Below the pieces are notes generated by a model. It had not been told where the DNA came from, did not search any database, and saw only the letters and a list, made by a program, of their open reading frames with translations. The translations under genes were made by a program, and so were the position numbers. Positions 1 to 9,081 of a stretch of 57,392 bases of DNA are shown here, piece after piece. How positions within the stretch are numbered: the first letter of the stretch is position 1; each line of letters begins with the position of its first letter. The stretch comes from Xenococcaceae cyanobacterium (GTDB lineage: Bacteria; Cyanobacteriota; Cyanobacteriia; Cyanobacteriales; Xenococcaceae): positions 1 to 57,392 of the forward strand of contig JBFRWE010000469.1 in the NCBI GenBank assembly GCA_051439345.1. The letters run 5' to 3'.

Positions 1-183
1 AATGTAAGCGCAACGCGTGTGGTATATTGGCCAGCACGTCAAAGCGTCTAGCTGGTCTTTGACTGCCAGCACCGATTTATTGTCGGTGACAGCTAGTCAG
101 GTTCTAGGAGTAGTGCGACGCTCTTTGGACTCAAGACCTGGGTTAGAATCTCCGCACTTTCGCTCTCGGAGAGAAGTCAAAGA
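1..183 (+). mobile_element. Window-edge copy of an IS200/IS605 right-end / omega-RNA-like structured unit (possibly the 3' tail of a tnpB lying left of the window)
   Basis: Nested stems ctagct(48-53)/agctag(91-96) enclose hairpin caccga(70-75)/tcggtg(83-88). Terminal hairpin tctccg(149-154)/cggaga(167-172) is followed by gaagtcaaag. Layout and strings (ACAGC...TCAGG, CCGCACTTTCGC) match the units at 42005-42232 and 52930-53079. The translated tail ...GLESPHFRSRREVK resembles read-through tails of tnpB ORFs. Confidence 0.4.
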
Positions 184-196
184 TTCATTGTCTCTT

Positions 197-224
197 GACT
201 AACAACTAACGACTAACGACTAAA
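197..224. repeat. Heptamer tandem repeat (GACTAAC-like, 4 units)
   Basis: gactaac aactaac gactaac gactaaa read directly from the sequence. Resembles the STRR-type short tandem repeats known from cyanobacteria. Confidence 0.8.
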
Positions 225-290
225 AATCTTCACAAGTTCTTCAAGCTTATTTCTTATCTTAAAAGTGGGAGAGAATTATCTAAGAGGTGA

Positions 291-527
291 ATGATGGTTG
301 CTACAGTTGATTATTCAGTTGATTATTCAATCGATGAAATTAAACAAGAAGCTCGTCATTTAGTTGAAAGAGGAATTATCGATCGTCACCAGCGAATTTG
401 TATTCTTTGTGAATTTATTCCTCCAAGAGAATGGATTTGTGTTGAATGTGAATTAGAAAAAAATGACTATCTATTAAGAGATCATATCTGCGATCTTTTA
501 GCTCAAGACGAGTGGCAAGAAGATTAG
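291..527 (+). CDS. Small Cys-rich hypothetical protein (possible zinc ribbon)
   Basis: 78-aa ORF with GAGGTG 3-4 nt upstream of the ATG. Paired CxxC motifs (CILC ... CVEC). No family recognised. Confidence 0.45.
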   Translation: MMVATVDYSVDYSIDEIKQEARHLVERGIIDRHQRICILCEFIPPREWICVECELEKNDYLLRDHICDLLAQDEWQED

Positions 528-683
528 ATTTGTCATAATAAATGTTGTTTGAAATGAAGTGTAAGCAAACTCTTCACAACATCCTCAAATTTTTAGTCTA
601 AATTTTGAGGATGGAAATTAGATTGTAGCGAATTTCCTCAACAGCCAAAAACTGTTGATAATTGACTTGCAAGAGGAGGTTAT

Positions 684-3275
684 ATGGTCTATGCTAGTTC
701 TCTATTTTTTAGCAAGCAAAACAAACTAGAAACAAGTTTATTACTTCCCCTTCGCAATGTTGTTTTGTTTCCTAGAATCACGATCCCTGTGGTTGCAGGA
801 AAACCACGCTCTGTAGCAGTGGTAGAGTCCACCATGCTCACGGAAAATAAACAACTGATCGTAACTGCAATTCGTCCCCAAGCTGCACAAAGATTGGGAC
901 AATTAGAAACAGCACCAATAAGCTCTGATTCTAGTGAGGCTCAAAAATCTTCATCTCCTGAAATTGAAAGCTTTAACGAAATTTATCCGATCGCAACTCT
1001 GTCAGTTATTCATAAGATGACTCGCTTACCTGGAGGTCTAATTCAACTAATTGTTGAAGGTTTAGAAAGAGTAGAGATCGTAGAATTGAGCCAAACTCAT
1101 CCTACCTACGCAGTTAAATTTAAACGGCTGCCCGCCCTTAACGAAAAAGAAGCTTTGAGCCCAGGAACAGACGAACAAACTCTCGAAGCCTTAACCCAAG
1201 CAATTAAGTCCCTTTGGACAGAAGCAGCAGAAATAAATCCGCGATTTCCTGAAGAGTTATTAGGGGTTTTATTAAACACTAAAGAATCAGCCCAGCTAGC
1301 TTATCAAACCTCTGTCTTACTGCAACAAGATGTCACAACTACCCAGAAAGTTTTAGAGGAAGAAAATATAGAAAAACTGTTGCGTCAAATCCTGAGCGAT
1401 TTACAAAAAGAAATCGAAGTTCAAAAGCTACAAGGAGAAATTTTAGGAGAGACAAAAAAAGAGATCGACCAACAACAGAAAGAATTCTTTTTACGCCAAC
1501 AACTCAAAAAAATTCAGGAACAATTAGGAGAAACAGACCCCGAGCGAGCAGAAATCGAGGAATTGCGCTCGCGTCTAGAAGCAGCAAACTTACCAGAAGT
1601 AGTAGAAAAACAGGTAAGAAGAGAATTAAAACGTCTAGAGCGAGTTACCAGTGCATCAGCAGAAGGAGGTGTCATTCGTACCTATCTGGACTGGCTGTTA
1701 GAAATGCCTTGGAATCGTCAGGTAGAAGATAATCTCGATTTAGATAATGCCAGAATTATCTTAGATGAAGACCACTATGGTTTAGACAAAATCAAAGCAA
1801 GAATTATCGAACATCTAGCTACCTTTAAACTCAAAAAAATAGCCCAACAGCAGTTAGCATCAGCATTAGACCATCCCATCCCCAAATCTTACACCGTCGG
1901 TACAGTAATTTGTTTTGCTGGTCCTCCAGGAGTAGGCAAAACCAGTCTAGGACAATCGATCGCCCGTACTTTGGGCAGACCATTCGAGCGCATTAGTTTA
2001 GGTGGATTAAGGGATGAAGCAGAATTGCGTGGTCATCGTCGTACCTATATTGGTGCAATGCCTGGTCGTATTGTCCAAGCTTTACATCGAGCCGAAGTCA
2101 AAAATCCCGTGATTATGCTGGATGAATTGGATAAAGTGGGCATGGATTATCGTGGCGATCCAGCTTCAGTATTATTGGAAATTCTCGATCCTCAGCAGAA
2201 TCATAGTTTCCGCGACCTCTATTTAGATTTAGATTTTGACCTCTCCCAAGTACTTTTTATTGGCACTGCTAACGATCTATCTCATGTTCCTCCACCTTTG
2301 CTAGATCGTCTAGAAATTATCGAACTATCTAGTTATTCTTCACAAGAAAAACTGAAAATTGCGCAGAAATATTTGCTACCGAGACAAATTGATAAAGCTG
2401 GATTGCCCAATGATGCGGTGCAACTTCCCGAATCAACCATCGAACTGATTATTGAATACTATACCCACGAAGCAGGAGTGAGGAAACTAGAACAACAATT
2501 AGGAACTCTCTGCCGTAAGGTTTCTGTGCTCTATGCCCAAGGTGAAACTAATCCTCAGCTTATTCATCCCGAACAACTAGAAGAATTGCTCGGTGCAAGA
2601 CAATTTCTCAGAGAAGAAATGCGTTCAGAAAACAAACCTGGTGTTGCTACTGGTCTTGCCTGGACGCTACAGGGAGGAGAAATTATGTTTGTCGAAGCCG
2701 TCTTATTACCTCAAGGAGAGAATCTAACTCTGACAGGTCAATTGGGAGAAGTTATGCAAGAATCGGCAGAAATTGCTCGTTCCTATGTGTGGTCGCAAGC
2801 GGAATCTATGGGTATTGATGTGAGTGTGTTTAAAGATAATGGTTTGCACATTCATGTTCCTGCTGGAGCAATTCCCAAAGATGGCCCTTCCGCAGGAGTA
2901 ACTATGGTTGTAGCGATCGCCTCTTTGTTAATGGATTGTCCAGTTCGCAACGATACTGCTATGACAGGAGAAGTCAATCTCAGTGGAGAAGTCTTAGCTA
3001 TTGGTGGAGTACGAGAAAAAGTTTTAGCTGCTCATCGAGTCGGAACTAAAAGGGTTTTGCTACCTCGACACAACGAAAAAGATGTGGTTGATGTGCCCGC
3101 AGATGTACGCCAGCAAATGGAATTTGTTTTTTGCGATCGCATTGAACAAGTTTTAGCTAATGCCTTAGTAAATTATCAGGAGGTTGAATCGAATGACACA
3201 AAGGGCAATCTTGGGGGAACAAAGTTGGTGGAAGTCCGATGCCATGAAAGTGGAGGAGCTCAAAGCAGCCTATAA
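684..3275 (+). CDS. lon: ATP-dependent Lon protease (LonA type)
   Basis: 863 aa. Strong SD (GAGGAGG) upstream of the ATG. Walker A GPPGVGKTS, Walker B IMLDELDK, catalytic Ser motif PKDGPSAGV, with a conserved Lys downstream. Confidence 0.95.
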   Translation: MVYASSLFFSKQNKLETSLLLPLRNVVLFPRITIPVVAGKPRSVAVVESTMLTENKQLIVTAIRPQAAQRLGQLETAPISSDSSEAQKSSSPEIESFNEIYPIATLSVIHKMTRLPGGLIQLIVEGLERVEIVELSQTHPTYAVKFKRLPALNEKEALSPGTDEQTLEALTQAIKSLWTEAAEINPRFPEELLGVLLNTKESAQLAYQTSVLLQQDVTTTQKVLEEENIEKLLRQILSDLQKEIEVQKLQGEILGETKKEIDQQQKEFFLRQQLKKIQEQLGETDPERAEIEELRSRLEAANLPEVVEKQVRRELKRLERVTSASAEGGVIRTYLDWLLEMPWNRQVEDNLDLDNARIILDEDHYGLDKIKARIIEHLATFKLKKIAQQQLASALDHPIPKSYTVGTVICFAGPPGVGKTSLGQSIARTLGRPFERISLGGLRDEAELRGHRRTYIGAMPGRIVQALHRAEVKNPVIMLDELDKVGMDYRGDPASVLLEILDPQQNHSFRDLYLDLDFDLSQVLFIGTANDLSHVPPPLLDRLEIIELSSYSSQEKLKIAQKYLLPRQIDKAGLPNDAVQLPESTIELIIEYYTHEAGVRKLEQQLGTLCRKVSVLYAQGETNPQLIHPEQLEELLGARQFLREEMRSENKPGVATGLAWTLQGGEIMFVEAVLLPQGENLTLTGQLGEVMQESAEIARSYVWSQAESMGIDVSVFKDNGLHIHVPAGAIPKDGPSAGVTMVVAIASLLMDCPVRNDTAMTGEVNLSGEVLAIGGVREKVLAAHRVGTKRVLLPRHNEKDVVDVPADVRQQMEFVFCDRIEQVLANALVNYQEVESNDTKGNLGGTKLVEVRCHESGGAQSSL

Positions 3276-3702
3276 ATTAGGTCACAAAGATTTTCCTGGC
3301 TTTAATTTACCCAAAGCAGATCTGCACAAAGCTCGGTTAGCAAATATTAATCTCAGCCAAGCTTATCTCTATCGAGCTATTTTGAGTCAAGCTCACCTCG
3401 AACGGGCTTTTTTGAATCGAGCAATTCTTTACGGTGCCAATCTACATCAAGCACGGCTAGTTTGGGCGAGTTTGATCGAAGCAGATTTGTGTAATGCTAA
3501 CTTGACTAAAGCCATTCTCAATCATGCCAATTTATATGGGGCAAATTTACGCAATGCCAATCTCAGTCACGCTCATTTAGTCTGGGCAAATTTGCGGGAA
3601 GCTGATTTAACTGATGCCTGTCTCGATCGCGCTGATTTAACCAGTGCTAGGTTCTATCGGACGATTATGCCTGACGGCAGTGTCAGAAATGATGATTGTT
3701 AG
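3193..3702 (+). CDS. Pentapeptide-repeat protein
   Basis: Long run of A(D/N)LxX pentapeptides (ANLHQARLVWASLIEADLCNANLTKA...). I place the start at ATG 3193, 9 nt after AGGAGG (3177-3182). The ORF track starts at TTG 3184. Overlaps the lon 3' end by 83 nt. Confidence 0.85.
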   Translation: MTQRAILGEQSWWKSDAMKVEELKAAYKLGHKDFPGFNLPKADLHKARLANINLSQAYLYRAILSQAHLERAFLNRAILYGANLHQARLVWASLIEADLCNANLTKAILNHANLYGANLRNANLSHAHLVWANLREADLTDACLDRADLTSARFYRTIMPDGSVRNDDC

Positions 3703-3704
3703 TA

Positions 3705-3740
3705 GGGACTTAGCATGCTATGTCCGTACGGTGGTTAGTC
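3705..3740. repeat. Imperfect copy of a palindromic intergenic element centred on GCATGC
   Basis: gggacttagcatgctatgtccgtacggtggttagtc matches 5340-5375 at 31 of 36 positions. Confidence 0.75.
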
Positions 3741-3764
3741 CGATTAGTTATCAGGAGAAAAAAA

Positions 3765-5321
3765 ATGGAAAATTATGATTATGTAATTTTAGGTGCTGGA
3801 TTAGGTGGGTTGTCCGCAGCAGCTTGTCTGACTCGTCAGGGATATCGAGTGGCTGTCTTAGAACAGCACTATCTACCTGGAGGTTGTTGTCATACTTTCG
3901 ATTATGGGGATTATAGCTTTTGTGCCGATGTCCACTATATTTATCAATGTGGTGAAGGACAATCAGTAAAACAATTTCTCAACTATATCGATCGCCATGT
4001 TCCTTTCAATTCTCTCGATCCAGACTGTATCGATCGAGTAATTACCCCAGAGGTTGATTTTCGCATTCCTTTAAATTGGTCAAAATTCCGCGATCGCCTA
4101 CTAAAGACTTTTCCCGAAGAAGCACAAGGAATTAATCTCTACTGCGATGAAATCAACCAATTACATCAAGAACTACGACAGTTGACTAAGGAGGTGCATT
4201 GGTTTGATTTAGATTGGTCCGATTGGTTATCCTTGCCTAAATATTGGCATTTATTCACTAGAAGGAACTGGACGTTACAAGACCTCTACGATCGCACAGG
4301 ACTATCTCCCAAACTACAGGCATTATTAGCTGGACAAAGTGGTGACTATGGCTTACCACCGTCAGAAATTGCCCTAATTACCCATACCTCTTTGGTTGGG
4401 GATTACTCAGAAGGTGCTTATTATCCCCAGCATCATTTTAAACACTTAGTGGATACTGTTGTCTCTGCTATTACCGAAGGTGGCGGTGTAGTTAAATATT
4501 CTACACCAGTACAGCACATCGAAGTGGAAAACCATCAGGTTCAAAGTATAACCGCAGGGGGAGAAACCTATCAAGCTGATATTGCCTATATTAGCGACCT
4601 CGATCCCAAATTGACTATCAGCTTAATGCATAATTCTTTGGCTTTAAGCCGACAAGAATATCGCCGTTTAACTAATTATGAATACTCAGCTAGTGCTTTT
4701 AATATTTATCTTGGTTTAGACTCTCGGTTTGAACCCCAATCTTACGGTCTTGGTAACTGGAATATCTGGTACTATCCCAATGGCGATCTTAACCAAGCCT
4801 ATCAACAGCAGCTTGAAGGCAATTTAGAACATCCTTGGATCTTTTTATCCTGTCCTACCTTGAAATCTAGCGAGCCAGGTATGGCACCAGAAGGTCATCA
4901 TGTTTTAGAAGTTACCACTATCTGCCCCTACGAACCGTTTAAACAACTCCACGAAAACGATACTAAAGCCTACAAAGCTAAAAAACGAGCCGTATATCAG
5001 CAGGTAATGACTGGCGTTCGCAATTTAATTCCCGATATTAACAAATATACTCGCATGAAAATTTATGGTACACCTACCACTAGCGAATATTATCTCGGAC
5101 AACCAGAGGGTAATATGTACGGTGCGAAACTCATTCCCCAACAAATTGGTTTAAATCGTTTGGGTTATAAAACTGAATTGCCTAATTTGTTCTTAGTGGG
5201 CGCAAGTGCTGGCTATCCCAGTGTACCAGGCGTAATTAGTAACGGTATGGACTTAGTGGAAATGATAACAGGAGAATCGATTCGGCAAGCCAAATCTGAA
5301 TTGGAGTTAGTGGTTATTTAG
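3765..5321 (+). CDS. NAD(P)/FAD-dependent oxidoreductase, phytoene desaturase (CrtI) family
   Basis: N-terminal dinucleotide-binding fold DYVILGAGLGGLSAA...VLEQHYLPGG. AGGAG lies 8 nt upstream of ATG 3765. The ORF-track start at 3720 falls inside the palindromic repeat. Confidence 0.85.
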   Translation: MENYDYVILGAGLGGLSAAACLTRQGYRVAVLEQHYLPGGCCHTFDYGDYSFCADVHYIYQCGEGQSVKQFLNYIDRHVPFNSLDPDCIDRVITPEVDFRIPLNWSKFRDRLLKTFPEEAQGINLYCDEINQLHQELRQLTKEVHWFDLDWSDWLSLPKYWHLFTRRNWTLQDLYDRTGLSPKLQALLAGQSGDYGLPPSEIALITHTSLVGDYSEGAYYPQHHFKHLVDTVVSAITEGGGVVKYSTPVQHIEVENHQVQSITAGGETYQADIAYISDLDPKLTISLMHNSLALSRQEYRRLTNYEYSASAFNIYLGLDSRFEPQSYGLGNWNIWYYPNGDLNQAYQQQLEGNLEHPWIFLSCPTLKSSEPGMAPEGHHVLEVTTICPYEPFKQLHENDTKAYKAKKRAVYQQVMTGVRNLIPDINKYTRMKIYGTPTTSEYYLGQPEGNMYGAKLIPQQIGLNRLGYKTELPNLFLVGASAGYPSVPGVISNGMDLVEMITGESIRQAKSELELVVI

Positions 5322-5336
5322 TTAGTACTTACGTAC

Positions 5337-5364
5337 GTACGGACGTAGCATGCTACGTCCGTAC
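5337..5364. repeat. Perfect 28-nt palindrome (REP-like; possible terminator hairpin)
   Basis: gtacggacgtagcatgctacgtccgtac equals its own reverse complement. It lies 16 nt after the stop of the oxidoreductase gene and is followed by tggttagtagttagt heptamers. Confidence 0.85.
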
Positions 5365-5517
5365 AGTGGTTAGTAGTTAGTTACTATTGACGCTCCAACT
5401 ATCAACTTTCCTATTTGATGTTCATCTCCTACAGCTAAAAGCCCGTAGGTTTCCACACTTACCCTACTGTTTATGACTAATGACTAATCACGAATTCTTT
5501 GCTAGAGAAAATTAAGC

Positions 5518-6039
5518 ATGTTCAAGAAAATATTAGTAGCTTTAGACCGTTCTTCACAAGCAGAAGTAGTTTTTGATTGCGCTTTGTCCATAGCTCAACC
5601 AGAACTGAGTCAGGTGTTGCTGGTACATTTTATTGACTGGCAAATGGAAAAAGTTTCTCCTTGGGTTGGTGTGGGTACTTTATACGATATCAATGTATCA
5701 GGCGATCGCTATCATCGAAACCGCGAACATCTACAACAAGCAATAGAAAAAAACAGGGCTTGGCTGGAAACTTATAACCAAAAGGCGATCGCTAAAGGTA
5801 TTAACTGTGAAGCTGAATGCCTAGTAGGTAGCTGCAGTTTAGGGATTGGCGATCGCGCTAAGAAATGGGGTGCAGATTTAATTATTATTGGTCGCAGGGG
5901 TCACAGGAATATATCAGAAATAATTTTGGGTAGCGTTAGTAATTACGTGATTCATCACGCCCCCTGTTCAGTTTTTGTGGCTCAAGGAGTAAAAGCCGAT
6001 CGGGCTAACATCTCGGAGCAAGATAGTGAGGTTAAGTAG
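5518..6039 (+). CDS. Universal stress protein (UspA family)
   Basis: MFKKILVALD... N-terminus and C-terminal GRRG...GSVSNYVIHHAPCSV ATP-binding-type motif. Confidence 0.9.
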   Translation: MFKKILVALDRSSQAEVVFDCALSIAQPELSQVLLVHFIDWQMEKVSPWVGVGTLYDINVSGDRYHRNREHLQQAIEKNRAWLETYNQKAIAKGINCEAECLVGSCSLGIGDRAKKWGADLIIIGRRGHRNISEIILGSVSNYVIHHAPCSVFVAQGVKADRANISEQDSEVK

Positions 6040-6064
6040 TTAGTAGTTAGTAGTTAGTGGTTAG
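6037..6064. repeat. Heptamer tandem repeat (TAGTTAG x3 + TGGTTAG)
   Basis: Read directly from the sequence. Begins at the usp stop codon. Confidence 0.85.
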
Positions 6065-6107
6065 TTGCCTACTAATACTATTCGGATCAGCATAATTTCT
6101 TCTCCCC

Positions 6108-6139
6108 CTGCACCTCTGCACCCCTGCACCTCTGCACCT
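6108..6139. repeat. Octamer tandem repeat CTGCACCY x4
   Basis: ctgcacct ctgcaccc ctgcacct ctgcacct read directly from the sequence. Confidence 0.85.
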
Positions 6140-6400
6140 TTGCCTTCTTCCTGCTGATGACTGATTGATGGTGCTGTTACTTTTCATTGGTATCTTATTA
6201 AATATTGTGTCTTATCAATGGATGTGCCTTGGCTATCGTCGCCATAAGATTATGCCAGTAGTGGAATAACTATAAGTCTAATTTTGCCTAGATTCAGACT
6301 CGATGAAGAAGCTATAGTTCCTCACAAGTTCTTCAACTTTAATCCTTAATTTAAAGATAGCAACATCCTAACTGTAATTTAAACAGGAGGGTGAATATAT

Positions 6401-6625
6401 ATGATCCTAATTCAGATTGCTCAAACTCAGAACCATTGGCAAAAAAAGGCTTCTCCCATTCCTCTACAGCCAGCAATCGATTCCCTTGACGATCGAGCTA
6501 AATTCCAGGAAATCTTATACGATTCACAACTTGAGGGTGGTCAACACATCCTACAAATCAAAATGGCTGAGGCTCTATCAAGAATTTTAGAAGCATATTT
6601 TCTGGAACGGCAATGGCTTTTATAA
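6401..6625 (+). CDS. Hypothetical protein (74 aa)
   Basis: ORF preceded by AGGAGGG about 8 nt upstream. No recognisable motif. Confidence 0.5.
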   Translation: MILIQIAQTQNHWQKKASPIPLQPAIDSLDDRAKFQEILYDSQLEGGQHILQIKMAEALSRILEAYFLERQWLL

Positions 6626-6682
6626 GCTAGTTTTAATTCAAATTAGACAAACCTACAGATAAAAGGCAAGAGGCAATAGTGA

Positions 6683-6943
6683 TTGGTAAGGGTGGAGGTA
6701 TTAACCACCATTAAATATGGTCGTGAATTATACAAACGAAGCAAAAAAATGAACACAAAAATCAGTGAACTCAAACAAGTTGCAACTAATTTACTTTCAG
6801 GGATGTTAGCCAACCCTCATATCTACTCAGTTGTCAGCGATGAATTGGGTAGAGGGCAGCAGGAACAAGACCTGATTATAGCTGCCATTTCAATGGCAGA
6901 AATTTTGCTCAGCAAAGTAGAAAACAAAATTGAAGCGGACTGA
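6683..6943 (+). CDS. Hypothetical protein (start uncertain: TTG 6683 or ATG 6749)
   Basis: ORF lying between the two usp genes. No recognisable motif. Confidence 0.4.
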   Translation: MVRVEVLTTIKYGRELYKRSKKMNTKISELKQVATNLLSGMLANPHIYSVVSDELGRGQQEQDLIIAAISMAEILLSKVENKIEAD

Positions 6944-6966
6944 GAAAATTTTACCGCTTAGTATAT

Positions 6967-7464
6967 ATGTTTAAGAAAATTTTAGTAGCGATGGACAGTT
7001 CTTCCATAAGTAAACTAGTCTTTACTAAAGCACTGTCTTTAGCCAAACAGAATCAAGCTAATCTCATGCTGTTGCATGTGTTATCAGGGGAAGAAGAAGA
7101 CAGTCCTATGCCTCTACCTCCTGATGTAGGGGCTCCTTATTGGTCTACATTGAGTGAAGTAACCTTAGATAGTTGGCTCAAACAATGGAAAACCTATGAA
7201 AGCGAATGCTTAGAAAAGTTACAAAAATTTACGGCTGAAGCAAATCAGACAGGCATAAATACTGAATTCAGGCAAATACCTGGCAGTCCTGGGCGTACTA
7301 TCTGCCACTTAGCTTGGAGTTGGCAAGCCGACCTAATTGTAGTTGGCAATCGGGGACGTTCTGGACTAGGCGAGCTATTGCTTGGCAGTGTCAGCAATTA
7401 TGTACTTCACCATGCTCCTTGCTCAGTTTTGACGGTGAAGGATTACGTTCCTGAAAAACCCTAA
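6967..7464 (+). CDS. Universal stress protein (UspA family)
   Basis: MFKKILVAMD... N-terminus and GNRGRSG...GSVSNYVLHHAPCSV motif. Paralog of 5518-6039. Confidence 0.9.
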   Translation: MFKKILVAMDSSSISKLVFTKALSLAKQNQANLMLLHVLSGEEEDSPMPLPPDVGAPYWSTLSEVTLDSWLKQWKTYESECLEKLQKFTAEANQTGINTEFRQIPGSPGRTICHLAWSWQADLIVVGNRGRSGLGELLLGSVSNYVLHHAPCSVLTVKDYVPEKP

Positions 7465-7564
7465 TTTAATTGCTCTTCCTTACTTCACAATTTCTTCAAA
7501 TTATTTTTATAGTCTCAAGGTGAAGTTAGCTAGTTGCCAGATTCAAGCCTTGGAGGTGAGTTTT

Positions 7565-7729
7565 ATGTCCACCAGACAAACTAACTCCAAAAAACAGAAG
7601 CACAAACATCTAAAACGGAAAGATCGACATAGACATCCTCTGGATATTGGAACTCCCAAAGTATCACTCAGTAAAAATCAGCATCAGCCGAGGCATGAAT
7701 TACTAAGTGATTGGGAAGATGCTACTTAA
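7565..7729 (+). CDS. Small highly basic hypothetical protein
   Basis: ATG 7565 follows GGAGGTGAG. Sequence is Lys/Arg/His-rich (KKQKHKHLKRKDRHRH). Could be non-coding. Confidence 0.3.
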   Translation: MSTRQTNSKKQKHKHLKRKDRHRHPLDIGTPKVSLSKNQHQPRHELLSDWEDAT

Positions 7730-8010
7730 ATTAATGAGAGTAAGCCGTTACTATGCAATACTTTTTGTTTAAGGATTGAGTCGAGTTAAAAATCGAAAAA
7801 GTAAGTTGTTGTGGAGCAGAAGAAAGGGCTCGATGAAGCAGATCTCTTTCCTTTTCGACTTTCTGGATGTCCAATACTTTGGCATTAGCTTTACTATTAG
7901 GTACATTCAATAATGTCCCATCACGCGAATAAAAATAATTAATGTTGATTAAACAAACGTGGAAAGTGATTCAATAAAAGAAATAGAGAAGAAAAAAGGA
8001 AGCAAATGTA

Positions 8011-8322
8011 ATGCTATATTTACTTGACTTTCAGGTTGAGTATCCAGCAACAATGACTCAAAAAGAACTATTTGCGATCTGGGCAAAAGAAGCTGACGCA
8101 GCACTGGGCGCAAAAAAAGATGGTGTAGTCGTCGATATTTGGAAGTGTGTTGGTAGTCGTCGCATAGTTGCGGTAGTCAATGTAGATACTCCCGACACCC
8201 TCGATCGAATTCTGATGGATTTGCCCATCATGAAGGAACACGGTCAACACGTTCAGGTCGAGGTAACACCCCTACGCCGTTATGAAGATTTTGCTGAGGA
8301 TGTTAAGAATCGTCTAGGTTAA
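8011..8322 (+). CDS. Muconolactone delta-isomerase-like small protein
   Basis: 103 aa. The ferredoxin-like pattern and the start MLYLLDFQVEYPATM resemble the muconolactone isomerase family as I recall it. Confidence 0.6.
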   Translation: MLYLLDFQVEYPATMTQKELFAIWAKEADAALGAKKDGVVVDIWKCVGSRRIVAVVNVDTPDTLDRILMDLPIMKEHGQHVQVEVTPLRRYEDFAEDVKNRLG

Positions 8323-8420
8323 ATCTCTTATTAATGTTGATACTCTATAGTTCCTCTGTAATCTTGGGCTAATTATAGTTACAATCAAAGGAAAATAACG
8401 AACGAAAATACTAAAGCTGC

Positions 8421-9029
8421 ATGATTCCTACAGTTATCGAAAGTTCTGGGCGCGGTGAACGCGCCTTTGATATTTACTCTCGCCTTCTTAGAGAGCGCAT
8501 TGTCTTTTTAGGACAACAAGTTACCGATGAAATAGCTAACCTAATTGTCGCCCAATTACTCTTTTTGGAAGCAGAAGATCCTGAAAAAGATATCTATCTC
8601 TATATCAATTCTCCTGGTGGATCTGTCTCTGCGGGAATGGGCATGTTCGATACTATGAATCAAATCCGTCCCGATGTTTGCACCATTTGTATTGGTTTAG
8701 CAGCGAGTATGGGAGCTTTCTTGCTAAGTGCAGGGGCAAAAGGGAAGCGCATGAGTTTACCAAACTCACGGATCATGATTCACCAACCTCTCGGTGGGGC
8801 GCAGGGGCAAGCAACAGATATCGAAATTCAAGCTAAAGAAATTCTTTACCTCAAAAAGAAACTCAATCAACATCTAGCAAATCATACAGGGCAACCCCTA
8901 GAAAAGATTGAAGAAGATACCGAGAGAGACTTTTTTATGTCTGCGGAAGAATCCAAAGAATATGGGTTAATTGACCAAGTAATTGCTCGTCGCCCATCGG
9001 CTTCTAATCCTCCTGAAGTTGTGAGATAG
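8421..9029 (+). CDS. clpP: ATP-dependent Clp protease proteolytic subunit
   Basis: [21 protein letters not shown]. Catalytic Ser in GLAASMGAF and His in IMIHQPLGG. No clpX follows. Confidence 0.95.
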   Translation: MIPTVIESSGRGERAFDIYSRLLRERIVFLGQQVTDEIANLIVAQLLFLEAEDPEKDIYLYINSPGGSVSAGMGMFDTMNQIRPDVCTICIGLAASMGAFLLSAGAKGKRMSLPNSRIMIHQPLGGAQGQATDIEIQAKEILYLKKKLNQHLANHTGQPLEKIEEDTERDFFMSAEESKEYGLIDQVIARRPSASNPPEVVR

Positions 9030-9050
9030 TGAGTTTAACGAATAACTGAA

Positions 9051-9078
9051 TTAGGGGTGGTTCACGAACCACCCCTAA
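9051..9078. terminator. Perfect 12-bp stem / 4-nt loop hairpin between convergent genes
   Basis: ttaggggtggtt cacg aaccacccctaa. No clean U-tract on either side. Confidence 0.5.
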
Positions 9079-9081
9079 GGA

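Noticed and set aside
1-200. Possible tmRNA, tRNA-like or RNase P RNA at the window start
   Set aside because: There is no tRNA-like acceptor/T-arm (GGTTCGAATCC-type), no tag-peptide frame, and no RNase P GGAAAGTCCGGGC core. The similarity to the TnpB-end units in the window explains the structure better.
6037-6139. Tandem repeat arrays as a possible CRISPR locus
   Set aside because: The units are 7-8 nt and directly adjacent with no spacers. There are no 25-40-nt repeats separated by unique spacers anywhere in the window, and no cas genes.
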